Of a stretch of 64,000 bases of DNA, positions 1-8,996 are shown one piece after another. Position numbers and translations under genes: made by a program. The number at the start of each line of letters is the position of its first letter. The first letter of the stretch is position 1. The DNA lies in NCBI GenBank assembly GCA_963737655.1, contig CAVTTN010000002.1, positions 3,008,001 through 3,072,000 of the forward strand. Reading direction: 5' to 3'. The notes beneath the pieces were generated by a model that saw only the letters and a program-made list of their open reading frames with translations, ran no database searches and was not told the DNA's origin. Source of the DNA: an uncultured Planctomycetota bacterium (GTDB taxonomy: Bacteria; Planctomycetota; Planctomycetia; Isosphaerales; Isosphaeraceae).

Positions 1-3
1 GCG

Positions 4-2820
4 ATGCGATTCATCCGAGGGGTCAGCCTTCGGGAGGCGATCTCGAAGTTTCACGCCTCGGCGGCCTCCGGGAGCGACCCGGGTCGGCGATCCCTGGAGC
101 TTCGGACGCTCCTGGACCGGTTCCTCGACGTCTGCGACGCGATCGCCTACGCGCACAGCCGAGGCGTGATCCACCGGGACATCAAGCCGAGGAACATCAT
201 GCTCGGCCCGTTCGGCGAGACACTGGTCGTCGATTGGGGCCTGGCCAAGATGATCGGCCGGATCGAAGACCCGACCCTCTTCGCCGAGGCGACCCTGACG
301 CCGGAATCGGGCTCGCAGCTCGAGGCGACCCTGCCGGGCCAGAGGATCGGGACCCCCGCCTACATGCCCCCGGAGCAGGCCGCCGGACGGCTCGACGAGA
401 TCGGCCCGCGGAGCGACGTGTACAGCCTGGGAGCCACGCTCTACACGATCCTGGCCGGCCGGCCGGCGTTCCAGGATTCGGACGTGCCCAGCATGCTTCG
501 CCGGGTCGAACGGGGCGAGTTCGACCCGCCTCGGAGGGTCTGGCCCTGGGTGGATCGGGCCCTGGACGCGGTCTGCCTGAAGGCGATGGCGGTCCGGCCC
601 GAGGATCGTTACGGATCGCCCCGGGCCCTGGCCGAGGACATCAAGAAGTGGATGGCCGACGAGCCGGTCTCGGCGTGGAAGGAGCCGAGGTCCAGGCGCC
701 TGAGTCGCTGGGCGAGGCAGAGGCAGACGCTGGTGACCTCCTCGGCCGTCGCGGCGGTCCTGGTCCTGTCCGTCCTGGGCTATCTCGGCTATGAGGAGCG
801 GCTCCGCGAGGGCCGGAGGCTGACCGGGGCCCTGGCCAGGGTCGAGGCGCTGGAGACCGCCCAGACCCTGGCCCTGCCCGTGATCGTCCGCCAGCTCGGC
901 CCGGACATCGCTCTGGTCCGCGATCGCCTGAAACGGATGGCGGCCGGGGACGGCTCGGACCGGGACGGCCGGCGTCGGCTGCCGGCGGCGCTCGCCCTGC
1001 TGGTCGAGGACCCGTCCCAGGCGGATTTCCTCACCCGGTTCCTCCTGAGTCCCGAGCCCGGTCCCGCCGAGGTCCTGGTGATCCGCGAGGCCCTGGCCGA
1101 ATTCGGGCCCGAGGGCTCGGCCGAGCCGTTCCGCAAGGCCCTGGCAGCCGATCCCGGGGAGCTCGACGACGTCCAGCTCCGCGCGGCGGGCGTGCTCGCG
1201 GGCCTGGACCCCTCGGAGGCCGCCCGGGACGCGCTGGCCGGCCCCCTGGCTCGGAAGCTCGTGACCGAGAATCCGCTGCTCCTGGGGACCTGGTCCCAGG
1301 TGTTCCAGCCGGTCAGCCGCGGCCTGATCGAGCCCTTGCGGATGCTGTTCGCCGAGACGAGCCGACCCGAATCGCGCGACCGGGCTTTTCGGCTCCTCCT
1401 GGAGTTCATCGACCGGCCGGAAAACGCGAGCCACCCCGAGGACCTCGCGTCCCTGCTGATCGACGCCGATCCCGACCGGGCCCATCTCGTGATCCGACGG
1501 CTCGGCAGCCCCCTCGAACGGGCCCGTGCCGTCGCCGCCCTGGCCCCCCTGCTCGACGACGTGGCCCGGTTCGACGCCCCGAAGGCGGCCCGCCAGGGGA
1601 GGATCGCCACCGCCCTGTTCCTGCTGGGCGAGGCCGGGAGGGTCTGGCCCCTCTTCGCCCAGAGGGACGATCCGAGCGTCCGGACGGAGCTGGTCCACAA
1701 CCTCGCCCCCTATGGCGTGGATGTCTCGAAGGTCATGGGGCGGCTGAGGACCGAGCCCGACGCCTCGGCGCGGAGGGCCCTGCTGCTCAGCCTCGGCGGA
1801 TTCGCCCCCGACCGGATCGCCGCGCCGGCCCGTCGGGACTGGGCGGCCGACCTTCTCAAGCGATATCGGGCCGACTCCGATCCCGGGGTCCACTCGGCGA
1901 TCGGCTGGCTGCTCCGAACCCGTTGGGGACTCGCGACGGACGTGGAGACGGCCGACCACGAGCTCCAGTCGTCGCAGATCCCGGCCGACCGCGAATGGTT
2001 CGTGAACGGCCAGGGCCAGACCTATGCGATCGTCCGGGGGCCCCTGACGTTTCGGATGGGTTCGACGCCCCTGGCCGTCCCCGACCTCCAGCCGTCGGAG
2101 CCGGACCATCCCCGACGGCTCCCCCGGTCGTTCGCCATCGCCAATCGCGAAGTGACGATGCGAGAGTTCGGCCGGTTCCTCGACACCCGGCCTCCCGGGG
2201 TCACGGACAATCGCTCCGATCCCCTCTACAAATCGCTCGCCCCCGACTGCGCCGCCGCCGCGATGACCTGGTTCGAGGCCACGCGTTACTGCAACTGGTT
2301 GAGCGCCCAGGAAGGGCTGCCCGAAGACCAGTGGTGCTACCCCAGGGAGTTCGGGCCCGGCTCGTCCCTCCCCGCGGACTTCCTGGATCGGACCGGCTAT
2401 CGGCTGCCGACCGAGGCCGAATGGGAATTCGCGTGCCGGGCGGGCACGACCTCCGCGTACCCGTTCGGCCAGGCCGTCTCCTGGCTCCCGAACTATGCCT
2501 GGTTCGAGAAGCAGTCGGGCATGACCATGAAGCGAGTGGCCCAGCTCGAGCCCAATGACCTCGGCCTGTTCGACATACTGGGCAACGCCTATGAATGGGT
2601 CAATGACCCCCACGAGCCCTACCCGCTCGATCCCGCGGGCAAGCCGGTCCTGGACATCCTGAGGAACCTGAACTGTCCCGAGGATTTGGTCCGGGTGATC
2701 CGAGGAGGGGCCTATCCGCTGGCCTCGGCGTCGCTCCGCTCGGGCTATCGCTCGTTCGGCCTGAAGCCGTCCTTCCGATACCCCTATTTCGGCTTCCGGC
2801 CCGCCCGGACCCTGCCCTGA
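4..2820 (+). CDS. Ser/Thr protein kinase with TM helix, helical repeats and C-terminal FGE-sulfatase (SUMF1, C-type lectin fold) domain; 5' part lies outside the window
   Basis: HRDIKPRN, DWGLAK, GTPAYMPPEQ and SDVYSLG kinase motifs; TM VAAVLVLSVLGYLG; FGE motifs YRLPTEAEWEFACRAG, PNDLGLFDILGNAYEW, GFRPART. Confidence 0.9.
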   Translation: MRFIRGVSLREAISKFHASAASGSDPGRRSLELRTLLDRFLDVCDAIAYAHSRGVIHRDIKPRNIMLGPFGETLVVDWGLAKMIGRIEDPTLFAEATLTPESGSQLEATLPGQRIGTPAYMPPEQAAGRLDEIGPRSDVYSLGATLYTILAGRPAFQDSDVPSMLRRVERGEFDPPRRVWPWVDRALDAVCLKAMAVRPEDRYGSPRALAEDIKKWMADEPVSAWKEPRSRRLSRWARQRQTLVTSSAVAAVLVLSVLGYLGYEERLREGRRLTGALARVEALETAQTLALPVIVRQLGPDIALVRDRLKRMAAGDGSDRDGRRRLPAALALLVEDPSQADFLTRFLLSPEPGPAEVLVIREALAEFGPEGSAEPFRKALAADPGELDDVQLRAAGVLAGLDPSEAARDALAGPLARKLVTENPLLLGTWSQVFQPVSRGLIEPLRMLFAETSRPESRDRAFRLLLEFIDRPENASHPEDLASLLIDADPDRAHLVIRRLGSPLERARAVAALAPLLDDVARFDAPKAARQGRIATALFLLGEAGRVWPLFAQRDDPSVRTELVHNLAPYGVDVSKVMGRLRTEPDASARRALLLSLGGFAPDRIAAPARRDWAADLLKRYRADSDPGVHSAIGWLLRTRWGLATDVETADHELQSSQIPADREWFVNGQGQTYAIVRGPLTFRMGSTPLAVPDLQPSEPDHPRRLPRSFAIANREVTMREFGRFLDTRPPGVTDNRSDPLYKSLAPDCAAAAMTWFEATRYCNWLSAQEGLPEDQWCYPREFGPGSSLPADFLDRTGYRLPTEAEWEFACRAGTTSAYPFGQAVSWLPNYAWFEKQSGMTMKRVAQLEPNDLGLFDILGNAYEWVNDPHEPYPLDPAGKPVLDILRNLNCPEDLVRVIRGGAYPLASASLRSGYRSFGLKPSFRYPYFGFRPARTLP

Positions 2821-2980
2821 GCCGGGGGCATGCGTGGCCGGAGACGCGATCGTCTCCGCGATCTCGATTTTTCTCTGGCTTTCTCCCGATTGAGCAGGTC
2901 TATTTCATAACCTCCTGATGAGGGAGGCGTTTTCTCCATTTCGACCGTGAAAGCCCCGCCGAGTGAGGCCCGCCCCCGTG

Positions 2981-4357
2981 ATGGAGACCGCCCCGGCTGG
3001 CCGAAGGTCGCCTGGCCCGCGGATCGAGACCACGCCGAGGTCGCTTGCCGCGCCCGGGCCCTTCGGGGATCGGTGCGACTCGCGGAAGTACTCGACGATC
3101 GGCGTCGAACGGACCATCCCTCCGGCCGAGACGATCCGTCGCGTCGCGCCCCTGCTCGCACGGATCGGCGTGACCCGGGTCGGCGAGGTCACCCATCTCG
3201 ACCGCAACGGCCTGCCGAACTTCGTCGCCGTGAGGCCCCGCGAGGCCGGCCGAGGCATCTCCTATTACAACGGCAAGGGGGCGACCCGGACCCAGGCGAA
3301 GGCCAGCGCCATGATGGAGGCGGTCGAACGCGTTAGCGCCGAGACGTGTGCTCTCCCCGTGATCCGATCGTCGTTCCGGCGGCTCCGCCGCGAGGCGGAC
3401 GCCATCGACCCGGAGGAGCTGCTCGCCCCGAGGGCCCGGAGCGGCCCTCCGGGAGAGGTCGAGCTCGAATGGGTGCTCGGCCAGGACGTGATCGCGGGAT
3501 ACCCCCGATACGTCCCTCGGAACGCCGTCGTTTCGCCGTATGATCCCTCCCCGGGGGCCGTGGCGCTCTGGGATTCGAGCACCAACGGGCTGGCCTCGGG
3601 CAACACCCGGGACGAGGCGCTCTGCCAGGCCCTCTGCGAGGTCATCGAGCGCGACGCGATGGCCGTCCAGCTCGCGAGCGGCCGGCTTCGCGGAGGCATC
3701 GAGGCGGTCCTGGAGGGACTCGGCGTCGGGGGCCCGCCCTCAGATCGGCCGATTCCGCCTCGGATCGACTTCGCCACCCTCCCTCCGCGAGCCGCCCGGC
3801 TCGGGAGGCGTCTCCGAGGGGCGGGGCTGGCGATCTACCTCCGCGACATCACCTCGGATGTCGGCGTGGCGACGATCCATTGCGCCCTGGCCGAGCCTCG
3901 CGGGGGCGGGCGATTCGCGATCCACGGCGGATACGGCTGCCATCCCGACGCCCGGGTGGCGGTCGTCCGCGCGCTGACCGAGGCGGCCCAGAGCCGCTCC
4001 GGGTGCATCCAGGGAGGGCGCGAAGACCTGCCGGACTTCGCCGGGGGGCCGCCTCCCCGGATCGACCCCGACGAGGTCTTCGGGCAGGGCGAGCGACGGG
4101 CCTTCCGGGACGTTCGGTCCGTCGAGCATCCCCGGGTCGCCGACGATGTGTCCTGGCTGATCGGCCGGCTCGAGGCGGCCGGGTTCCGGCAGGCGGTCGT
4201 GGTCGAGCTGACCCGGGCCGACCTGGGCGTGCCGGTCGTCCGGGTCGTCGTCCCCCGGGCGGAGACCTGGGCCGCGTTCCATCTCCATTCCCGCCGAGGG
4301 ACGCTCGGCCCGAGAGCGATCCACCGACTCACCCGGGGCATCCACGACCATGAATGA
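2981..4357 (+). CDS. ycaO: YcaO-family enzyme, TfuA-associated (thioamide-forming) type
   Basis: NGKG..QAKASAMMEAVER, SSTNGLASGN..EALCQALCEVIERDA, RALTEAAQSR..IQGGREDL, VPVVRVVVP; no fused E1-like domain; start may be GTG 2963. Confidence 0.92.
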   Translation: METAPAGRRSPGPRIETTPRSLAAPGPFGDRCDSRKYSTIGVERTIPPAETIRRVAPLLARIGVTRVGEVTHLDRNGLPNFVAVRPREAGRGISYYNGKGATRTQAKASAMMEAVERVSAETCALPVIRSSFRRLRREADAIDPEELLAPRARSGPPGEVELEWVLGQDVIAGYPRYVPRNAVVSPYDPSPGAVALWDSSTNGLASGNTRDEALCQALCEVIERDAMAVQLASGRLRGGIEAVLEGLGVGGPPSDRPIPPRIDFATLPPRAARLGRRLRGAGLAIYLRDITSDVGVATIHCALAEPRGGGRFAIHGGYGCHPDARVAVVRALTEAAQSRSGCIQGGREDLPDFAGGPPPRIDPDEVFGQGERRAFRDVRSVEHPRVADDVSWLIGRLEAAGFRQAVVVELTRADLGVPVVRVVVPRAETWAAFHLHSRRGTLGPRAIHRLTRGIHDHE

Positions 4358-5921
4358 GCGCGTGACCCTTTGCAGCGCCACCCTGGGCGAGGACGGCAAG
4401 CGGGAACCGCCCCTCGGCCCGCTCTACATCGCCGGGGCCCTGGAGTCCCTGGGCGTCGAGGTCGATTTCCGCGACTATCAGCTCGCCCCCGGGGCCGACG
4501 GCTTCTCCAGCCGGCATCTCGCCGAATTCCTGGGGGATCATGCCGAGATCGTCGCCGTCTCGTGCTTCGTGGACATGCTCCCGGTGGTGATCGACGCGAC
4601 CCGGAGGCTCCGGGAGGCGAACCCCGAGACCACCATCGTCCTGGGAGGCCCCGGACCCAGCGCCTCGGCCGACCGGATCCTGGAGCTCTATCCCTGGATC
4701 GACGCCGTGGTCCGGGGCGAGGGGGAAGAGACCATCTCCGAATGGTGGCTCCGAAGGCGGGCCGGTCGGCACGACCTGGAACCGATCGCGGGCATGAGCG
4801 ACCGGCGAGGAAGCCAGATCGTGGTCGGCGAGGCCCGGACCCGGCTCCTCGATCTCGAATCGCTCGCGCGGCCCGCCTACCACCTCGCCGAGTGGGACGC
4901 CTACGGATACGCCCGGATCATCACCACCCGCGGCTGCGCCTATCGCTGTTCGTTCTGCGACGTGACCGCGCTCTGGGGCAACCGGAGCGTCTACCGGGAC
5001 GTGGACGCGGTGATCGACGAGATGGAGTTCCTCCGGGACGTCCACGGCAAGAGCGTGATCACCATCGTCGATGACACCTTCGTCCAGGATCGCAAGCGGG
5101 TGCGGGCCTTCTGCGAACGGCTTTTGGAGCGACGGAGCGGGATCGCCTGGTCGTGCTTCTCCCGGATCAACCTGATGTCCCGCGACCTGGCCGAGACGAT
5201 GGCCGAGGCGGGGTGCCGATCGGTCCTCTACGGGATCGATTCGGGGTCGCCGGCCGTCCTGGCGAGGACTCACAAGATGGTCCGCGCCGAGAGCGTCGAG
5301 CCCGTGATCGAGTACTCGGCGGAGGTCTTCGATTTCGTCGAGGCGTCGTTCATCTGGGGCTACCCATTCGAGGACCTCGACGATTTCCGGATGACGCTGG
5401 ACCTGGCCGCGAGGGTATCTCGATGGGCGCCCCGGGTGAACGTCCAGCTCCACCGGCTCAGCCCGTTGCCGAACTCGCCGATCTATCGGGAATATCCCAG
5501 CCCTCTGCTCGAGCCCGATCCGCAGGACCGGCCCTGGCTCCTGCTCCCGGCCGTCCTGCTGGAACCCCGGGCCGAGGAGATCGGCCGACTCGTCCGCGCC
5601 GCCCCGGACGTCTATCCGGGCTTCTTCACCCTGCCGACCCCTGACGAGGCCGAGAAGCGCCGGCTGATGGGCAAGATCAAGCGGACCCTGGATCGGACGA
5701 TCGGCGCCACCCTGTTCGACCCGGAGACGGCCCGGCTCCTCGACGAGGACGCGCCCGAGGTCGAACGCTCGCTGTTCGACGCCGAGACGGACTCCAGCGG
5801 GCGGCTCGGGGTCGGGCTGGCGATCAGCTTCTTCCGCCGGAGCCGTCGCCGACGAGGGGCCGGGTGCGACCCGCTCCTCGGGGTTCGCGGGCCGTCGCTG
5901 GTCCGGGAGAGGAACGGATGA
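4350..5921 (+). CDS. Cobalamin-binding radical SAM enzyme (class B methyltransferase-like)
   Basis: N-terminal PPLGPLYIAGAL...VLGGPG...VVRGEGE B12-binding region; TTRGCAYRCSFC (CxxxCxxC); overlaps the ycaO stop. Confidence 0.9.
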   Translation: MNERVTLCSATLGEDGKREPPLGPLYIAGALESLGVEVDFRDYQLAPGADGFSSRHLAEFLGDHAEIVAVSCFVDMLPVVIDATRRLREANPETTIVLGGPGPSASADRILELYPWIDAVVRGEGEETISEWWLRRRAGRHDLEPIAGMSDRRGSQIVVGEARTRLLDLESLARPAYHLAEWDAYGYARIITTRGCAYRCSFCDVTALWGNRSVYRDVDAVIDEMEFLRDVHGKSVITIVDDTFVQDRKRVRAFCERLLERRSGIAWSCFSRINLMSRDLAETMAEAGCRSVLYGIDSGSPAVLARTHKMVRAESVEPVIEYSAEVFDFVEASFIWGYPFEDLDDFRMTLDLAARVSRWAPRVNVQLHRLSPLPNSPIYREYPSPLLEPDPQDRPWLLLPAVLLEPRAEEIGRLVRAAPDVYPGFFTLPTPDEAEKRRLMGKIKRTLDRTIGATLFDPETARLLDEDAPEVERSLFDAETDSSGRLGVGLAISFFRRSRRRRGAGCDPLLGVRGPSLVRERNG

Positions 5922-6586
5922 GCTCGGAGGCCCCCGACGATCGGCCCTGCGTGTTCCTCGGCCCGAGCCTCCCCCGGGATCAGGCTCGATCGTTGATCGA
6001 TGCCGAGTTCCGCCCCCCGATCCGCCGGGGAGACCTCGCGGCCCTGGACCCACGCCGCGTCGTGGTGATCCTCGACGGCGAGTTCGACCAGAGCTTCGCC
6101 GTCTCGCCCAAGGAGATCCTCCGCCTCCTCGACCTCGGGACGACGGTGGTGGGGGCGGCGAGCATGGGGGCGATCCGCGCGGCGGAGCTGGCCGAGGTCG
6201 GGATGACCGGGCTGGGCTGGGTCTTCTCCGCCTATCGAGAGGGGCGGATCGTGGGGGATGACGAGGTGGCCCTCCGCTTCTGTCCGTTCGGCCTCCACGC
6301 CCTGACCGTCCCTCTGGTGAACGTCCGCCGCTGGCTCGGTCGCCTCGAAGAGGCCGAGCTGATCGACGCCTTGACCTCGGCCCGCGTCTTGAGGCGGGCC
6401 CGCCAGGTCTTCTTCGCCGATCGGACGCCGGAGAGGCTCGACGAGGTGATCGCGACGGCCCTCGGGCCCGAACGATCCGGGCGAATCCGTGGTCTCGGCC
6501 TCGCCGAGATCGGCGACGTGAAGGCGGAGGACGCCAGGTCCGCCCTCCGGAGCGTCGCAAGTTGGGGCAAGGTTCCTCAATCCTAG
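5918..6586 (+). CDS. tfuA: TfuA-like protein
   Basis: VFLGPSL, PPIRRGDL, ILDGEF..SPKEI, VGAASMGAIRAAEL, DDEVAL, TVPLVNVR; ATGA overlap with the radical SAM stop. Confidence 0.92.
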   Translation: MSSEAPDDRPCVFLGPSLPRDQARSLIDAEFRPPIRRGDLAALDPRRVVVILDGEFDQSFAVSPKEILRLLDLGTTVVGAASMGAIRAAELAEVGMTGLGWVFSAYREGRIVGDDEVALRFCPFGLHALTVPLVNVRRWLGRLEEAELIDALTSARVLRRARQVFFADRTPERLDEVIATALGPERSGRIRGLGLAEIGDVKAEDARSALRSVASWGKVPQS

Positions 6587-6599
6587 GGAGTTCCGCGAA

Positions 6600-6922
6600 A
6601 TGAGTCCAGCCACCGCGTCCGACGGCCTGAAAGAACTCATCGGGAGGGCGCTCGTCGATAGCGACTATCGCGACCTGCTCTTCGACGACCGCCCCCGAGC
6701 CTTGCAGGACTACGAGCTCTCGGAGATCGACCTGGCCGCGCTCGATCGCCTGGATCGCGAGACGCTCGAAGCCCAGGCCGAGAAGGTCGGCTCCGGCGAG
6801 CTGGTGATCATGATCGCGCCCGAGCCGCGCCTCCGCCCGAACCGACCCCCGAGCCGCCGCCGGAACCGGAGCCGGAACCCGAGCCCAAGCCCGAGCCGCC
6901 TCCCAAGCCCGACGAAGACTGA
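6600..6922 (+). CDS. Putative RiPP precursor (NHLP-clan / Os1348-Franean1_4349-like leader), 107 aa after restoring one base near 6828
   Basis: Leader LKELIGRALVDSDYRDLLFDDRPRALQDYELSEIDLAAL; GGGAG RBS; shifted frame reads PPPEPTPEPPPEPEPEPEPKPEPPPKPDED to TGA at 6920-6922. Confidence 0.75.
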
Positions 6923-6945
6923 GTTCGCTCGGCCTGCCGACTTGG

Positions 6946-7054
6946 GTAGGGTCCGCTGTTGCGGACCTCTTCGATTTCAGTTTTGTAGGGTCCGCTCTTG
7001 CGGATCTCTTGTCGACGAAGCGAATTCGAAGAGGTCCGCAAGAGCGGACCCTAC
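6946..7054. repeat. Cluster of three GTAG-type REP elements (two direct, one inverted)
   Basis: GTAGGGTCCGCT(G/C)TTGCGGA(C/T)CTCTT at 6946 and 6985, reverse complement ending at 7054; internal palindrome GGTCCGC-N4-GCGGACC. Confidence 0.8.
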
Positions 7055-7136
7055 AAAAACCGCGATTCGACGCGCGAAACACGAACCCCGTCTCGGTCTC
7101 GCGGCGGACCCGCCACGACCATCGCGGGCCATTTGG

Positions 7137-8141
7137 CTACTTGACGCGTTGCAGCTTCATGATGCGGCCCGAGACGTTCCAGTCCTGGACGTAGAGGTTC
7201 CCGCCCGCGTCCCAGGCCGAGCCGTGGGTGCCGCTGAAGATCCCCTCGACCCATTGCTCCTGGGGGATGTTGTAGTCCCGGCCCTTGCCTGCGTCGGGGT
7301 TGTTGCCCAGGACGGCGATGATCGTGTTGTTCCGGTTGAGGATGACGAGCCGACCGTGCAGGTCGGGCACCGACACGAAATCCCCCTGGACCGACGCCGA
7401 GGTGGGCATCCCCAGGCCGGTGACGACCTCGTCGAGGAACTCGCCGTCCAGGCTGTAGTGGAGCAAGCGGCCCTTGGGTTCGTGGTTGCGGTCGCAGATC
7501 AGGAGGCGGGGCGGGTCGTACCTCGGGTCGATCGTCATCCCGTGGGCCGTGTTGAACTCGCGGAGGCCGTTGCCCTTGGTCCCGAAGTGCTTGAGGTACT
7601 TGCCGGCCTTGTCGAACTTGAAGATGCGATCGCTGGCATAGCCGTCGGCCAGGAAGATGTCGTCGTTGGGGGCGACGGCGATGGCCGTGGGGTTGAACTT
7701 CGCCGGCTTCGGCCCGGCCTCCTCCGGGAAACCGAGCCTCAGGACGATCTCGCCGGTCCCGGAATGGAACTTGATCCCCTCGGCGGCGTTGTTCCTGGCC
7801 CCGTAGAGGAACTCGGTGCCGCCCTCGTCGCGAATCTTCAGGTCGTGGATGTCGGAGTACTTGTCGCCGAGGAAGCTGCGGACGACCCGGCCGTCGGGCG
7901 CGAAGACGAAGACCCCGGCGTGGGCGCTGGTGTAGACCAGGCCGTCCTTGCCGACGGCCACCCCGCCGTGGCACGGGCCGATCTGCGACTTGCCGTCGGT
8001 CCCCAGGCCCCAGCCCGGGACGGTGTCGAACGTCATCGCCCCGTCGCCCATCCTCACGGGCCGGGCCGGCTCGTCGGCGAGGGCCGGCAGGGCGAGTCCC
8101 ACGGCGAGGGCCAAAATGAGGGAACTCCGGCGGATCTTCAT
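7137..8141 (-). CDS. Secreted NHL-repeat beta-propeller protein (amidating lyase-like)
   Basis: Signal peptide MKIRRSSLILALAVGLALPALA; FNPTAIAVAPNDDIFLADGY, FNTAHG, GNLYVQDWN; AGGAG RBS. Confidence 0.8.
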   Translation of the reverse strand: MKIRRSSLILALAVGLALPALADEPARPVRMGDGAMTFDTVPGWGLGTDGKSQIGPCHGGVAVGKDGLVYTSAHAGVFVFAPDGRVVRSFLGDKYSDIHDLKIRDEGGTEFLYGARNNAAEGIKFHSGTGEIVLRLGFPEEAGPKPAKFNPTAIAVAPNDDIFLADGYASDRIFKFDKAGKYLKHFGTKGNGLREFNTAHGMTIDPRYDPPRLLICDRNHEPKGRLLHYSLDGEFLDEVVTGLGMPTSASVQGDFVSVPDLHGRLVILNRNNTIIAVLGNNPDAGKGRDYNIPQEQWVEGIFSGTHGSAWDAGGNLYVQDWNVSGRIMKLQRVK

Positions 8142-8410
8142 CGAAGGGACTCCTGACAGCGAGGTGGACGACACCCGGGCGGTGATCGTCCCGGGGAGAG
8201 GCCGACAGCACTCGGAGAGCCTACCGGGCCCGGCCGCCCATGAGAAGCCGATGGCGGCGGTGCGCGGCCCCTCCCGAAAGGAAGGCGGGATTCCTTCCCG
8301 GGCGTCTGCCCGCGGCCGTCCTCTCGCCCTTGGGCGGCTGAACCCGTACCCTGGGGACAGGGATTGCGAAGGATCGCCGCCGAATCGAGGCATTGCGAGA
8401 GCGCCGGGCC

Positions 8411-8996
8411 ATGCGAAGAACGACTCGCGAGGACATCGCGGTGCTCGAGGACTACCGCGAATACCTGCTGTTGCTGGTCCGCCTCCAGTTGGGCACGCGT
8501 CCTCGGGCCCGGTTGGATGCCTCGGACGTGGTCCAGCAGGCGATCCTCCAGGCCCATGAGCGGCGGGCCCAGTTCCGGGGCGAGACCGAGGGGGAGTGGC
8601 TGGGCTGGCTCCGCGCCATCCTCGCCAACGCCCTGGCGGCCGAGCTCCGACGGCTCGACACCCAGGCGCGCGACCCTCGGCGAGAGCGTTCTCTGGAGGC
8701 CGAGGCTCGATCGTTCGTCGTCGAGGCTGGAGGGCCTGCTCGCCGCCGACCAGACCTCGCCGAGCGAGGGGGCCGTCCGCGGCGAGGAGTTGCGGAGGCT
8801 CGCCCTCGCCCTCGCCCGACTGCCGGAAGACCAGAGGCGAGTCGTGGAGCTTCACTACTTGAACGGCCTGGCCGTGGCCGACGTGGCCGAGCAGATCGGC
8901 CGGACTCGGCCGGCGGCCGTCGGCCTGATTTTTCGGGGATTGAAGCGGCTCCGAGAAATCCTCCGAGACCCCGAGGAGGCGAGCCATGAGCCCTGA
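8411..8996 (+). CDS. ECF sigma-70 factor, planctomycete type (frameshift near 8704)
   Basis: Region 2 YREYLLLLVRLQL..DASDVVQQAILQA..WLRAILAN in one frame; region 4 LARLPEDQRRVVELHYLNGLAVADVAEQIGRT in the other. Confidence 0.88.

Noticed and set aside
2690..2870. FGE/CLec C-terminus plus downstream hairpin as a diversity-generating retroelement target
   Set aside because: No reverse transcriptase or template repeat in the window, and many codons in the candidate region end in G rather than the NNC/NNT expected; a remote DGR cannot be excluded
2905..2960. CTGATGAG as a hammerhead ribozyme core upstream of ycaO
   Set aside because: The following stem is not followed directly by GAAA, and I could not build stems I and III
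2981..4357. Azole-forming (TOMM) cyclodehydratase
   Set aside because: No E1-like partner or flavin dehydrogenase, TfuA is present, and the core has no Cys and almost no Ser/Thr
7137..8141. NHL/amidating lyase-like gene as part of the RiPP cluster
   Set aside because: Opposite strand, secreted, separated by REPs, and a common planctomycete gene
6600..8156. 518-aa ORF
   Set aside because: Read-through from the precursor frameshift; it crosses the REPs and runs antisense to the NHL gene
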